DNA of 64,000 bases from Bacteroidota bacterium (GCA_013696965.1 JACCXN010000035.1:14393-78392); one strand, 5' to 3'; shown: positions 36,156 to 46,364, counted from the first letter of the stretch. Made by a program: numbers and translations. Notes: a model not told the origin generated them from the letters alone.

Positions 36156-36848
36156 TTAATTTTGTAAAGAAGATTGTGACGCTGCTTTTATACTTGTTTT
36201 TTCCACCAAAACTTTTTGCTGTTTAGTATCCAAATAATATATTTTTACACTTGCACTATCTTTCATGAAATTGATTTTACTAATTGAAATTCTGTGGATA
36301 TTAAGTCCAGTTCTTGCTTTTAAGTCTTCAATTAATAGGGCATGATTTTCTGGTTTTATCATTTCTATGTTTTCATACTGCACCTTTTGCGTATTCTCAT
36401 TTTTCATAAATAGATTCCCATCAAGAAAATAAGCGCAAGTCAATATAATTGAATTGATTAAAATAGTTTCGAAATATGTTCCTTTGGCAACAGCACTAAT
36501 TAGTCCTATTGCAATAACAATAAACAAATAGGTCATATCCTTTGCTGAAATATTGACAGTACGATATCTTAACAAAGAAAAAACAGCGAATAGTCCGAAG
36601 GCAGCTCCCATAGAAAGTTCAACCTTATTTAACAGATAGGTAATGATAAATATCACCACATTAAAAAGAAAGTAGGTGAAAAAATAATCTTTTTTCTTAT
36701 AAATGGGATAGTAAATTAGCCTGATGAGTATTAGTACAGAAAGGAAATTAATTGCTAACCGTAAAAAAAATTTTGCTCCTATTTTGTCAAATAGTTCAAA
36801 ATTTGGAAATACATCATTGGTTTGAGTAATAACTTCAAGAAGTAACAT
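36156..36848 (-). CDS. DUF4956 domain-containing membrane protein
   Basis: 230 aa. N-terminal four-TM region, then a soluble C-terminal domain. Overlaps the upstream VTC-domain gene by 14 nt. VTC-DUF4956 pairing is a recurring arrangement in Bacteroidota. Confidence 0.65.
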   Translation of the reverse strand: MLLLEVITQTNDVFPNFELFDKIGAKFFLRLAINFLSVLILIRLIYYPIYKKKDYFFTYFLFNVVIFIITYLLNKVELSMGAAFGLFAVFSLLRYRTVNISAKDMTYLFIVIAIGLISAVAKGTYFETILINSIILTCAYFLDGNLFMKNENTQKVQYENIEMIKPENHALLIEDLKARTGLNIHRISISKINFMKDSASVKIYYLDTKQQKVLVEKTSIKAASQSSLQN

Positions 36849-37632
36849 ACATTATTTTTTTTAAGGTTAATAATTTGGGTTTGAATAGGTTTTGTTTTAT
36901 TTTGGGGAATAATTGTGTAATTCCAAAACAATATTTGCTTATTGATATTTTTCTTATTTTGTTTTTATTCATTACTTGATGAAAAAATGATTTAATAGAA
37001 TTACCGTCTTGTTTCAATTCAGCAATTACCAGGAATTCAAATGTTTTTTCACCCTGCTCATTTTTCATTGTTAAATCAATATCAAGGGTTACTCTTTCAG
37101 TTAAATCGTTATTGACTAATGTAATGCGAGAATAGTTTATCCAGCAGACGGGCTTAAGACTTTCAGCCTTGATATTTGCAATAGATCGTAGAAATTTTTT
37201 AGCAGCTTTGCTTAAAGACTGTTCAATACTTTCTAGCTTAATTCTGTTTTTTATTGTTCTGGATTTATTGTTTTTAAACTTGATTTCAAAAAAATTCAGA
37301 TTTGACTCAACATATTTTCTACATCTTATTTTATACCGGTTTGATTTTCCATTGTGATGATTCAGGTATAAATCATATTTTTCCGTATCAAAATACAGTG
37401 TCTCGTAATTTGAGATTCTGTTATTCATAATTTCCAAAACTTTATAATTTTCTTTTAAATTTTGAAGAACTATTTTCAATTTATCCAAATGAAAAACAAA
37501 TTTTATATCAGTTCTATTCATTAACTTGACATTGTCCATTTCATTTAAATTTAAAGACCTGAAATCCTTTAATTCTTGCATAATTTGTTCAAAGAGGACT
37601 GAATCATTTGTCATAATCGAGCGGGTTTGCAT
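36835..37632 (-). CDS. VTC-domain (CYTH-like) protein, annotated in databases as polyphosphate polymerase domain-containing protein
   Basis: 265 aa. Block ...TDIKFVFHLDKL...ETLYFDTEKYDLYLNHHNGKSNRYKIRCRKYVESNLNFFEIKFK fits the triphosphate-tunnel VTC/CYTH beta-strand pattern (alternating K/R and E on strands, the YFDT motif). Confidence 0.7.
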   Translation of the reverse strand: MQTRSIMTNDSVLFEQIMQELKDFRSLNLNEMDNVKLMNRTDIKFVFHLDKLKIVLQNLKENYKVLEIMNNRISNYETLYFDTEKYDLYLNHHNGKSNRYKIRCRKYVESNLNFFEIKFKNNKSRTIKNRIKLESIEQSLSKAAKKFLRSIANIKAESLKPVCWINYSRITLVNNDLTERVTLDIDLTMKNEQGEKTFEFLVIAELKQDGNSIKSFFHQVMNKNKIRKISISKYCFGITQLFPKIKQNLFKPKLLTLKKIMYVTS

Positions 37633-37846
37633 ATAGTTAAGTGCCTTTTCATTATATACCTTTCCTTTTTCTAAAGCTCTATTTACATGGATTTATACTA
37701 ACTTTTTTACTTGCTTTAATTATTATCAAGCTTAAATTTATTAAATTTTACCAGCTATACTTTTCTTTTCAATTGTAGATGTTTTTTATCATCAATTGTA
37801 TATTTGCATTACCATTTCTTCCTTTTTAAAAGCATCAAAAGACATA

Positions 37847-38587
37847 CTAATTAAAAATAACTAAGTTGTTTAATTGTAAAATTTGATCTCTACTATTAAT
37901 TTCTGCTTTATGCTTTACCATAATAGTTCCTGATGGTGATAATTGGGCAGAATCTTTAGAATAGGTATAAATTTCATATTTGCCTTTTCTTAGGTTTTTG
38001 AATTCAAATGATCCATCGTAACTTGTTCTTATTCTCTCGCTGTAGGATACTTCATTTCCGCATTTTAAATATACAGTCTCATCCTGAGCACCATACTCTC
38101 CTTTTAGTTCAGTGAAACTTGCATTGTAATTTTTCACCCAAATTTTTCCTCTAATTGAAGCGCTTCCGCCTTTATTTGCTGGCTGATAAATTATTAAATC
38201 ATTTATTTCAACATTTTGCTTTTTATCGCTTATTTCGAAATTTCGTAAAACTGGGGTTTTAGGTGAAGATGAAACTTTGGAAGTATCCATCCCATAGGCA
38301 AAAATTTTATAATTTCCTTTTCTTAAGTATTTGAATTCAAATGAACCATCATGATTTGTCCTTATATCATCACCAAAGCCATCTTGCTCATTATCATAAA
38401 CCAAAAAGACCCTTTCTTCAGGTTCAACATCCTCTTGAGAAACAATAAATTCGGGGGAATGGTAATTTCCTGCATACAATTTACCTTTTACAATTGCTTT
38501 TCCACCTGTTCCTGCCTCTTTTTTGCAGGATGTGAAAATTATGAGGGCAATAGAAAATAGTATAAATAGTGTAAATTTTTTTTTCAT
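37847..38587 (-). CDS. lipoprotein with two tandem carboxypeptidase-regulatory-like beta-sandwich repeats
   Basis: Lipobox LIIFTSC. Two internal repeats: IRTNHDGSFEFKYLRKGNYKIFAYG and IRTSYDGSFEFKNLRKGKYEIYTYS. Confidence 0.5.
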   Translation of the reverse strand: MKKKFTLFILFSIALIIFTSCKKEAGTGGKAIVKGKLYAGNYHSPEFIVSQEDVEPEERVFLVYDNEQDGFGDDIRTNHDGSFEFKYLRKGNYKIFAYGMDTSKVSSSPKTPVLRNFEISDKKQNVEINDLIIYQPANKGGSASIRGKIWVKNYNASFTELKGEYGAQDETVYLKCGNEVSYSERIRTSYDGSFEFKNLRKGKYEIYTYSKDSAQLSPSGTIMVKHKAEINSRDQILQLNNLVIFN

Positions 38588-38869
38588 TGTTATTATTTTA
38601 TAAACAATTAATTAAATAGTTTAAATCAGGAATAATTATCAAAAGACCTTGCCATAATAATTAAATATAAAAGTGCTGGAAGATGGCTTGTTAAGCTATT
38701 GGTTAACAAGCAATTTTTATATATTGATTTATTAATCTTGGCAATTAATGAAATTCAATGAGAAAAATTTTCTACATTATGTGAAATATATTCAGGTGAG
38801 TGCGAAAATAATATGGCCATCTTGAAAAAATATTTTCAAGACGGCCAAAATTTAAAAAATCAAGGAATT

Positions 38870-39544
38870 TTATATATCCCTTTGCGCATTATTTTCGCTG
38901 TTTCCTTCTGTGTCAAAGGCATCTCCTTCCAAAACTCCTTTTTCACTATCCTTTAATTGTTCTTCAATACTCTCCACTTTTTCAAGTTGGGTTCTTAGTC
39001 TGGGTAGTGTATTCAGAGCAAATTCTCTAATTTCAGGAATATCAGTTTCACGGGCAAGACTTTCAAAATCATTTATTTTGTCCTGATAGTTACTTTTTAT
39101 TTCATCTACATATTCCTTGTCGAAATCAATGCCTTCATTATCAGTTACACTGTTTATTTTGTCTTGGTGATCATCTGACATAGTTCCAGGTAATACGACT
39201 GGTTCTTTTTGAGCAAGGGCCTCGAGTTCACTTTGAATTTCACGGTGTTCTGTTGCAATATCCTTTGCAAATTGCTGAACTTCAGGAGTAACAGCTTTTT
39301 CTTCTGCTATCCTTGATAATTCCATATTCATCATGTTCATACTTGCTGTTTCAGTTAGTATTTCAGCTGTCTTATCATCCATTATTCTTTCCTCTGTTCT
39401 TTCTTGTGCTTTTTCTACCGGGTCCTCATTTTTTGTTCCCGTTTCACATGCTATATTTAGCATTAAACCAAAAGCGCATAGTCCTATAAAAAATTTTGTT
39501 TTCATTTTTTTAAGTTTTAATGTTTGTGGTTTTATCTTGTCCAA
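38870..39544 (-). CDS. DUF4142 domain-containing lipoprotein; the start is probably at MKTKFF (about nt 39505)
   Basis: Lipobox LNIAC. Helical domain with the paired pattern ...MNMMNMELSRIAEEKAVTPEVQQFAKDIATEHREIQSELEALAQ... and ...LPRLRTQLEKV, typical of DUF4142. Confidence 0.6.
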   Translation of the reverse strand: MDKIKPQTLKLKKMKTKFFIGLCAFGLMLNIACETGTKNEDPVEKAQERTEERIMDDKTAEILTETASMNMMNMELSRIAEEKAVTPEVQQFAKDIATEHREIQSELEALAQKEPVVLPGTMSDDHQDKINSVTDNEGIDFDKEYVDEIKSNYQDKINDFESLARETDIPEIREFALNTLPRLRTQLEKVESIEEQLKDSEKGVLEGDAFDTEGNSENNAQRDI

Positions 39545-39886
39545 TATCTGTGCTATCCAAAAAGCATTTTCTTTTGAATACTTTCCATTGCTTATAATTT
39601 GAATTTTAAGTCATTCATTTATAATAATATACCTTGTTTTAATTTTTATTTTAACTGATTATTTCGTGGTTTTTTTTCATCGGATGTTTGCTTAACTGAT
39701 CCATTTTGGGAAACTTATATCCAAATTGATTTTGTTTTTGAGTACTTTAAAAAATCAAAGGATTTTGAAACTTAGTTTATTCCTTTTTTTGAGTAATTCA
39801 CTGGAAAAATGGCTTTTTAGCAATAATCTTACAAAAGCAATGTTTTTTTAGTTTTAGTATATTACTTTTATCTGAAATTAATCAAG

Positions 39887-40867
39887 ATGAGCATTACCCT
39901 TCAGGAAATAAAAGAATCCTTCACAAGTAATTTCAGTTTTTATCTTGATTCTTTTTTTTATCTTTTAAAAAACCCCAGTTGGGATAATCCCTTTTACATT
40001 ATTCTTTGTATCTATTTCATAACATTTTCTCTTGAAGTAATTCTGCCAAAAAAAGAAAAGTATCCCCTATTGGAGCGCAAAGGATTTAAACTTGATATTT
40101 TTTATCTGTTTTTTATTGATTTTTTGTTAATGGCCATTGGATTTTATGCAATGGTTAGTGTTGTTGAGAAAATATTTTTAGGTTCTCTTTTGTTCTTTGG
40201 AATAAGTACTCCAATATTGAATATCGAAGTTCTTCCGGAACTTGTTCAATTTTTGATCTTTTTTATTCTTGTAGATTTTGTCCAATTTCTGGGGCATTAC
40301 CTTCTTCACAGAATTGATTTTTTATGGGAATTTCATAAGATTCACCATGCACAGGAACAACTTGGTTTTGCTTCAACCCGGCATTTTCATTGGTTTGAAT
40401 ATATTGTGTTTAAGCCTCTTTTATATATTCCTTTTGGTTTACTTGGATTTGGGGTTAAATATTATGTTGTTTATTATTTATGGATCGGCTTGTTTTTTAC
40501 TTTTTTATCGCATTGCAATGTTAAAATTAATTGGGGATTTTCGAATTATATCTTTATTAATCCAGATACTCATTTTTGGCATCATTCAAAAAATGGACCT
40601 GGGAAATTCGGGGTTAATTTCGCCTCTGTTTTAAATGTTTGGGATTTGCTTTTCGGTACCTTTTATTTACCTGAAAATAAAAAGCCACAACTGGGTGTAC
40701 ATGATATTAAAGAAATCCCAAATGGTTTTTTGGGACAAATGATTCATCCATTTAAATCTGTTTTCAGGAAAAAGCCCCAAACTCCTCAAAGTGAAATTGT
40801 AAGTACAACTATGATGAACAAAGAAAAAATAAAAAAATCAATCAAAAAGGGCACAATTAAAAAGTAG
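39887..40867 (+). CDS. sterol desaturase / fatty-acid hydroxylase family membrane protein
   Basis: Histidine boxes HYLLHRIDFLWEFHKIHH and HFWHH within a polytopic membrane protein. Confidence 0.85.
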   Translation: MSITLQEIKESFTSNFSFYLDSFFYLLKNPSWDNPFYIILCIYFITFSLEVILPKKEKYPLLERKGFKLDIFYLFFIDFLLMAIGFYAMVSVVEKIFLGSLLFFGISTPILNIEVLPELVQFLIFFILVDFVQFLGHYLLHRIDFLWEFHKIHHAQEQLGFASTRHFHWFEYIVFKPLLYIPFGLLGFGVKYYVVYYLWIGLFFTFLSHCNVKINWGFSNYIFINPDTHFWHHSKNGPGKFGVNFASVLNVWDLLFGTFYLPENKKPQLGVHDIKEIPNGFLGQMIHPFKSVFRKKPQTPQSEIVSTTMMNKEKIKKSIKKGTIKK

Positions 40868-41085
40868 GATTTTCTTATCCTTTTGGAATAATTTTAAAGG
40901 TTGGTTAACTCTATTATCTCCTATTCCCCTTAATTATTGCATTAAATGTTTGTTAGCATTAATTCTTAGGGCAACCCGAAACGACCTGACAATAATTCAA
41001 AATCCCGTTCACGGCAGACAATTATTTCGACAAATATTTGGTCAGTTCAGATCTATATCGTAATATTGCAATATAATTATACAAA

Positions 41086-41418
41086 ATGGGTGCAACAAAG
41101 ACCGAACATTTTACCGACAAACAAAATTCCATTGCGACACTTATCAAAGCTCTCGGACATCCTGCAAGGATTGCTATCGTAGAGTATTTAATGAAAGTGG
41201 ATGCTTGTATTTGTGGCGACATTGTAAACGAACTTCCTCTTTCACAGCCGACAGTTTCGCAGCACTTGAAAGAACTCAAGACGGCTGGACTGATTAAAGG
41301 AAGTGTCGAGGGCAATTCAATTTGTTACTGCATAGACGAGAATGCAATCGGTAAACTTCAAGACTACTTCGCAAACATTTCAGACAAATTAGAAAAAAAG
41401 AAAGATAATTGTTGCTAA
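41086..41418 (+). CDS. arsR: ArsR/SmtB family metalloregulator
   Basis: 110 aa. HTH LGHPARIAIVEYL... and the metal-site CICGD. The region is visibly GC-richer than its flanks. Confidence 0.9.
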   Translation: MGATKTEHFTDKQNSIATLIKALGHPARIAIVEYLMKVDACICGDIVNELPLSQPTVSQHLKELKTAGLIKGSVEGNSICYCIDENAIGKLQDYFANISDKLEKKKDNCC

Positions 41419-41434
41419 TTTAAAATTAAACAAA

Positions 41435-41905
41435 ATGAAACTATCTCAATTCAAAAAACATCTTGCCACTATTTCGGCTGTAAACTTTGTTCAGCCCAAC
41501 GGGACTTTTGTTCCCCGACACTTCCACGTCACCGAAGCGGGTTTAACAACCAAACATTTCATTGACTGCGGTGGGACAGTGAGAACTGAAAAGACCATTA
41601 ACTTTCAAGTTTGGGTTGCACAAGACTTTAATCACCGACTTGAACCTAACAAACTTCAAAAAATCATTTCATTATCTGAAAACCTTTTCGGCAACGAAGA
41701 CTTGGAAGTTGAAGTGGAATATCAAACGGAAACCATTGGCAGGTATGGCTTAGACACAAACGGAGAAAACTTTATGCTAACTGCAAAAGCAACCGACTGT
41801 TTGGCAAAAGACAACTGCGGAGTTCCCGAAGCAAAACATAAATTAGAATTATCAGAACTGCCAACCGAAAAATCCTGTTGCTCTCCTGGCGGAGGGTGCT
41901 GTTAA
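41435..41905 (+). CDS. ars-operon-associated protein of unknown function (DUF6428-like) with a Cys-rich C-terminus
   Basis: 156 aa. Lies between arsR and arsC and ends ...KSCCSPGGGCC. The DUF6428 name is from memory. Confidence 0.5.
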   Translation: MKLSQFKKHLATISAVNFVQPNGTFVPRHFHVTEAGLTTKHFIDCGGTVRTEKTINFQVWVAQDFNHRLEPNKLQKIISLSENLFGNEDLEVEVEYQTETIGRYGLDTNGENFMLTAKATDCLAKDNCGVPEAKHKLELSELPTEKSCCSPGGGCC

Positions 41906-42043
41906 TATATGAAAGCGTTTATCATCAAATATAAAAAGCCAATCATCATCACAACTTCCATAACAGTTTTGCAACTCATTTTCGGCTTTGACCCAAAGTT
42001 TTGCATCATCAACATTGTTTGGCTGTTTGTATAAAATTAAACT

Positions 42044-42473
42044 ATGACACAGACAAAAGTGTTATTTCTCTGCATACACAATTCGGCACGAAGCCAAATG
42101 GCAGAAGCGTATCTGAAAAAATTCGGTGGCGACAAGTTCTTAGTAGAAAGTGCAGGACTTGAAGCGGGTAAACTCAATCCACTAGCAGTAGAAGTTTTCG
42201 AAAGAGGACGGAATTGACATTTCAAACAACCAGACAAAAGACGTGTTCGACTTTTTCAAAGAAGGGCGACTGTATCAATATGTGGTGACCGTTTGCGATG
42301 AAGCAAGTGCAGCTCGTTGCCCAATCTTTCCCGGACTACACAAAAAAATTAATTGGAGTTTTGCAGACCCTTCCGCATTGACAGGCACACACGAAGAAAA
42401 ACTTGCAGCGACAAGAGTCGTTCGTGACAAAATTAAAAATGCGGTTCAGACTTTCATAAAAGAGTTAAATTAA
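42044..42473 (+). pseudogene. arsC: arsenate reductase (LMW-PTP / thioredoxin-coupled type) interrupted by a +1 frameshift in a T-run
   Basis: Frame 1 (42044..42217) gives [24 protein letters not shown]...[14 protein letters not shown], with the CX5R P-loop. Frame +1 continues as ...[45 protein letters not shown]... through to 42473. The join is in gttttcg at 42194-42200, consistent with one extra T. Confidence 0.8.
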
Positions 42474-42742
42474 CCAGACAGAAAAAAGAGCTACTGCTAA
42501 CAGTAGTTAAAATTAACCAAACTTCTATTTTTTATTTTTCAAAAATTCGTTTTTGATTTTCCTCCTGTTTTCCAAATCTTGTTTTCCTATTTATTGTAAT
42601 TAATTGTAACCTTCTTGTGGAATAAAATCAGCATCTTTTTTATAAGATTCCATTTTTTAATAAAACCATTGAAGCAAAAGCATATAATTTAAGTTAGGCA
42701 AGAAATTTTCATTCTACATAATTCAAATAATACATTTTTAGA

Positions 42743-43006
42743 ATGGAAATATTAAGAACATCAAATTTATTATTTCTTACAGGCGAAGGCAAATCAGAAG
42801 TTTTTTCAGGTGTATATTATAATGGCACAATGTATTACGACTTTGCAAATGTGAAATTTATAAATAATTCTGGAATTGCAGATCTTATTGACCTGGTAAA
42901 GTTGTGGATGGAAATGGGAACAGATGTGAAATTTATTCATGTTAATGAAGAGATTCAAAAGAAATTTAAGGATTCTGGGCTCGATCAAATAATTTGTTGT
43001 GAATAA
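42743..43006 (+). CDS. short STAS-like (anti-sigma-factor-antagonist-like) protein
   Basis: 87 aa. ...ANVKFINNSGIADLIDLVKLWMEMGTDVKFIHVNEEIQKKFKDSGLDQI resembles the C-terminal two-thirds of a STAS domain (DLSxVxFIDSSGLxxL...G..L.L.xV...V...F...GL). An in-frame stop immediately upstream prevents any N-terminal extension. Confidence 0.35.
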   Translation: MEILRTSNLLFLTGEGKSEVFSGVYYNGTMYYDFANVKFINNSGIADLIDLVKLWMEMGTDVKFIHVNEEIQKKFKDSGLDQIICCE

Positions 43007-43027
43007 TTTATCTGAACAATTCATATT

Positions 43028-44914
43028 TTGAAAACATACTATTTCAGCAGATTTGAAAATCGAAAACCTTACCCTGAAATTAAGAACAATAAATACAGGA
43101 CGTTTTTCTTTCAATTTTTTGCAATTCTAACAATAGGATTTGGTTTGACTTATTTGAATTGGAGATGGCAATACTCCCTTAATTATGATGCGCTTTGGTT
43201 TGCATTACCACTTGTTGTTGCCGAAACCTTGAGTTTTGTTGGTACTTGTCTTATTATTTATAATATGTGGTCAAACAAAGATCCAATAAAGCATGCTCCT
43301 GTTCATTTTTTATCTGAAATTGAAGACTTACATGGCCGTTTAGATAGACCTGTTAAAATTGATGTACATATAGCAACTTATAATGAGGAAGTTGAAATTG
43401 TCCGATACAGCATCAGAGATGCCAAAAATATGGTTTATCCTTTTGCTGATGTGCCTATTAACATTTATATACTTGATGATGGAAGACGTGATGGCAGGAA
43501 TGCTAATCAGGAAAACATGAAAAAAGTTGCAGAAGAGGAGGGGGCCGGATACATAATAAGAGATAATAATGAGGGTTATAAAGCAGGTAATTTAAAGAAT
43601 GGACTTGAAAAGACAAATGGAGATATTTTCGTTATTCTTGATGCTGATACACGTCCATTTCCTGATTTTTTGGTGAATACCATAGGATATTTCCGGAATA
43701 AAAAAGTTGCATGGGTACAAACCCCACAGTGGTTTTATGATACCACTCCTGGAAAAAATATTAGTACTGTACTTGCTCAAAAATTTGGAAAAACAGGAGC
43801 ATTTTTAGGCAAGGTGTCTGATAAATTATTTGGTAAAATTAAAACAGGAGAAGATATTTTTGGGAATGATCCTCGAATGTTTTATGATGTTTTACTTAGA
43901 AGAAGAAATAATTACAATGCTGCATTTTGTTGTGGTGCAGGTTCTATCCATAGACGAGAGGCAGTTATGAGCCTTGCCGTAAGCGGATATGGTGAGGAGG
44001 TAAATCAAGGGATTAAAAATGTTCTGAAAAAAAACAAAATTATTGCAAAACAGGAATACAGAGAACATAAAAAATCTTTAATTATAGAAAAACATCTTAT
44101 CCCTTTTAAGTTCCATGCTTCAGAGGATATTTATACCTCAATGATGTTGCATGCAGACCGTAAAAATGATTGGCAAAGTATTCAGCATCATAAGGTAGAA
44201 TGTAAAATGTTGTCTCCTCAGGATATCGATACAAGTGTGAAACAAAGAACCAGGTATGCTGCAGGGTCACTGGATATTGCTTTTAAAGATAATCCTTTAG
44301 TTTTTAAAGGATTAACGATTTGGCAACGATTGGCATATTTTTCTACAATTTGGTCATATATTTCTCCAACATGGATTATTGTTTTTTTATTGAGTCCCAT
44401 AGTGTTTTTTTTCACCCAAGCATTACCTGTAGCTGCCTATAGTTTTGATTTTTTTAAATTTTTTATACCTTTTCAAATTCTCAATACAATTTCTATGTCA
44501 ATTGCATGCTGGGGCATTAATAATTCCAGAGGCGATCAGTATTATATATCTTGTTTTTGGTTAATGTTACTTGCTTTATATTCAGCAATTCGTGGAGAAA
44601 ATGTGAAATTTAACGTAACCCCAAAAATAAGGCAAGGAGCAAATCAATATATAAAGCATATATGGCCTCATATTGCTATAATTTTGCTCACTTTGCTTGG
44701 CATTTTTTATAATGTATTTCTTTTGGGTATTGACGCTCATCCTACAGCTTCTGGCTTTGTTTCCAATGCTTTTTGGGGAATGTTTAATATCTACAATTTA
44801 AGCATAATGATAAGAGCGGCTTTTTGGACTGAAAAAGAAGCCGAATTGGAAAGCGGAACAATTTTAGAAAACAAAATTGAAAATTCAGTTGTTTCTAATG
44901 TCTCTATGGATTGA
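43028..44914 (+). CDS. processive family-2 glycosyltransferase, cellulose-synthase-like, lacking a PilZ domain
   Basis: 628 aa. Two N-terminal TM helices, then a GT-A domain with IYILDDGRRD and VILDADTRP (D, DxD), SEDIYTSMMLH (TED-like) and QRTRYAAG (a QxxRW variant), then four or more C-terminal TM helices. Confidence 0.85.
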   Translation: MKTYYFSRFENRKPYPEIKNNKYRTFFFQFFAILTIGFGLTYLNWRWQYSLNYDALWFALPLVVAETLSFVGTCLIIYNMWSNKDPIKHAPVHFLSEIEDLHGRLDRPVKIDVHIATYNEEVEIVRYSIRDAKNMVYPFADVPINIYILDDGRRDGRNANQENMKKVAEEEGAGYIIRDNNEGYKAGNLKNGLEKTNGDIFVILDADTRPFPDFLVNTIGYFRNKKVAWVQTPQWFYDTTPGKNISTVLAQKFGKTGAFLGKVSDKLFGKIKTGEDIFGNDPRMFYDVLLRRRNNYNAAFCCGAGSIHRREAVMSLAVSGYGEEVNQGIKNVLKKNKIIAKQEYREHKKSLIIEKHLIPFKFHASEDIYTSMMLHADRKNDWQSIQHHKVECKMLSPQDIDTSVKQRTRYAAGSLDIAFKDNPLVFKGLTIWQRLAYFSTIWSYISPTWIIVFLLSPIVFFFTQALPVAAYSFDFFKFFIPFQILNTISMSIACWGINNSRGDQYYISCFWLMLLALYSAIRGENVKFNVTPKIRQGANQYIKHIWPHIAIILLTLLGIFYNVFLLGIDAHPTASGFVSNAFWGMFNIYNLSIMIRAAFWTEKEAELESGTILENKIENSVVSNVSMD

Positions 44915-44942
44915 TTTTGTTACTTAATTTAAAAATTATACT

Positions 44943-46292
44943 ATGTCTGGGGAAAGTCAGGAAAAGCAAAATCAGATGAAGTTCCTTTTTAAACCCTTGT
45001 TTTTTATTTTTGCACTACTTACTGTAACTTATATAGTTCTTTATGTAGAAAAATTGAAACCTTCCGATTTAAAGCCTTTCGGAGATTTATTTGTAAAGGA
45101 TGATGTAATACTTAAATCTCAAAGATATCCTATTAAATCTGCCTCTGGTTACCTTACCAGAGAAGAATTTATTTACGCGAATATTGCATGGAAATATTTT
45201 GAAAATAATTACGATCAAAAGACAGGTTTTGTAAATGGAAAAGATACCAGCTCAATATTTACTATTAAAGATCTTACCAGTTATTTGATGGGTATGTTCT
45301 GCGCCCTTGAAATTGGAATTGTGGATTCAACAGAAGTGGATAGTAGGATGAATAAACTGTTTATATCTCTTGATAAAATACCACTTTATGAAAATAAACT
45401 TCCAAATAAAAAATATAACACAGGATCATTAAAAATGCTTGATGAAAATGGAAATACCTCTGAAAATGGATTTGGTTGGTCGGCTCTTGATATAGGAAGG
45501 TTTTTTAATTTTGTAAATAAAGTAAATCTACAATATCCACAATACCAGCCAAAAATCAGAAAAATTATTAAACGGTGGAAAATGCATGAAATGATTGAAA
45601 ATGGAAACCTTAAAGGAATGGTTTTCCAGAGCAACAAAAGAAAATATAAATTAATCCAGGAGGGTCGCTTAGGATATGAGGAGTATTGTGGCAAAGCTTT
45701 ATATAAATCAGGCTTTGATGTTACCGAAGCCATTAGCTACAGGGACTTTATAAAGTTCATTGACATTTATGGATACAGGATAGCAGCAGACACCAGGGAA
45801 GTAAGAAAAAAAAATTCACACAACTATGTACTTAGTGATCCCTATTATTTAGATGGATTAGAAAACGGCTGGGACATAAATTCCCGGGAACTTGCATTTA
45901 GGGTTTTTATGGTGCAAAAAGCAAGATATATTGATACAGGAATTTTAACAGCAACAGGAGAAGATTATACAGATAATACTGCTAATTATGTTTATAACTC
46001 TATTTATGCGGATTTTAGAACCTGGACCTGCTATGATGAAATGGGTAAGAAAAGGAACGATTTAAAAATGCTTAGCACAAAAACTTCTTTTGCATGGTAT
46101 GTTTTATATGAGGATGAATATGCAAATTTATTGTTTAACAATGTTAAGGATTTATATGATCCTCAGAGAGGATGGTATTCGGGAAGGTACGAAGTTTCGG
46201 GAAAAATAAACAAATCCATTTCTGCTTCTACCAATGCAATAGTATTGGAAGCATTAAATTATAAAATGAACGGAACTATTATTCAGTTTTAA
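44943..46292 (+). CDS. DUF3131-like membrane-anchored protein with a predicted (alpha/alpha)6 glycosidase-like fold
   Basis: 449 aa. N-terminal TM anchor (LFFIFALLTVTYIVL). Remainder W/Y/G-rich with a GFGWSALDIGRF block. Lies 28 bp downstream of the GT2 gene. The DUF3131 assignment and its association with beta-1,2-glucan enzymes are from memory. Confidence 0.5.
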   Translation: MSGESQEKQNQMKFLFKPLFFIFALLTVTYIVLYVEKLKPSDLKPFGDLFVKDDVILKSQRYPIKSASGYLTREEFIYANIAWKYFENNYDQKTGFVNGKDTSSIFTIKDLTSYLMGMFCALEIGIVDSTEVDSRMNKLFISLDKIPLYENKLPNKKYNTGSLKMLDENGNTSENGFGWSALDIGRFFNFVNKVNLQYPQYQPKIRKIIKRWKMHEMIENGNLKGMVFQSNKRKYKLIQEGRLGYEEYCGKALYKSGFDVTEAISYRDFIKFIDIYGYRIAADTREVRKKNSHNYVLSDPYYLDGLENGWDINSRELAFRVFMVQKARYIDTGILTATGEDYTDNTANYVYNSIYADFRTWTCYDEMGKKRNDLKMLSTKTSFAWYVLYEDEYANLLFNNVKDLYDPQRGWYSGRYEVSGKINKSISASTNAIVLEALNYKMNGTIIQF

Positions 46293-46364
46293 ATAAAAGT
46301 AAATGTTTTTGCACATTTTGTGCAAAGGCTTTCTCAAATGTAATTTAATTCAAGCATTTTTTAT

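Noticed and set aside
41022-41315. 97-aa ORF antisense to arsR
   Set aside because: It completely overlaps the well-supported arsR ORF on the opposite strand, it is Cys/Ser-rich junk, and it is probably just a GC-richer region keeping frames open.
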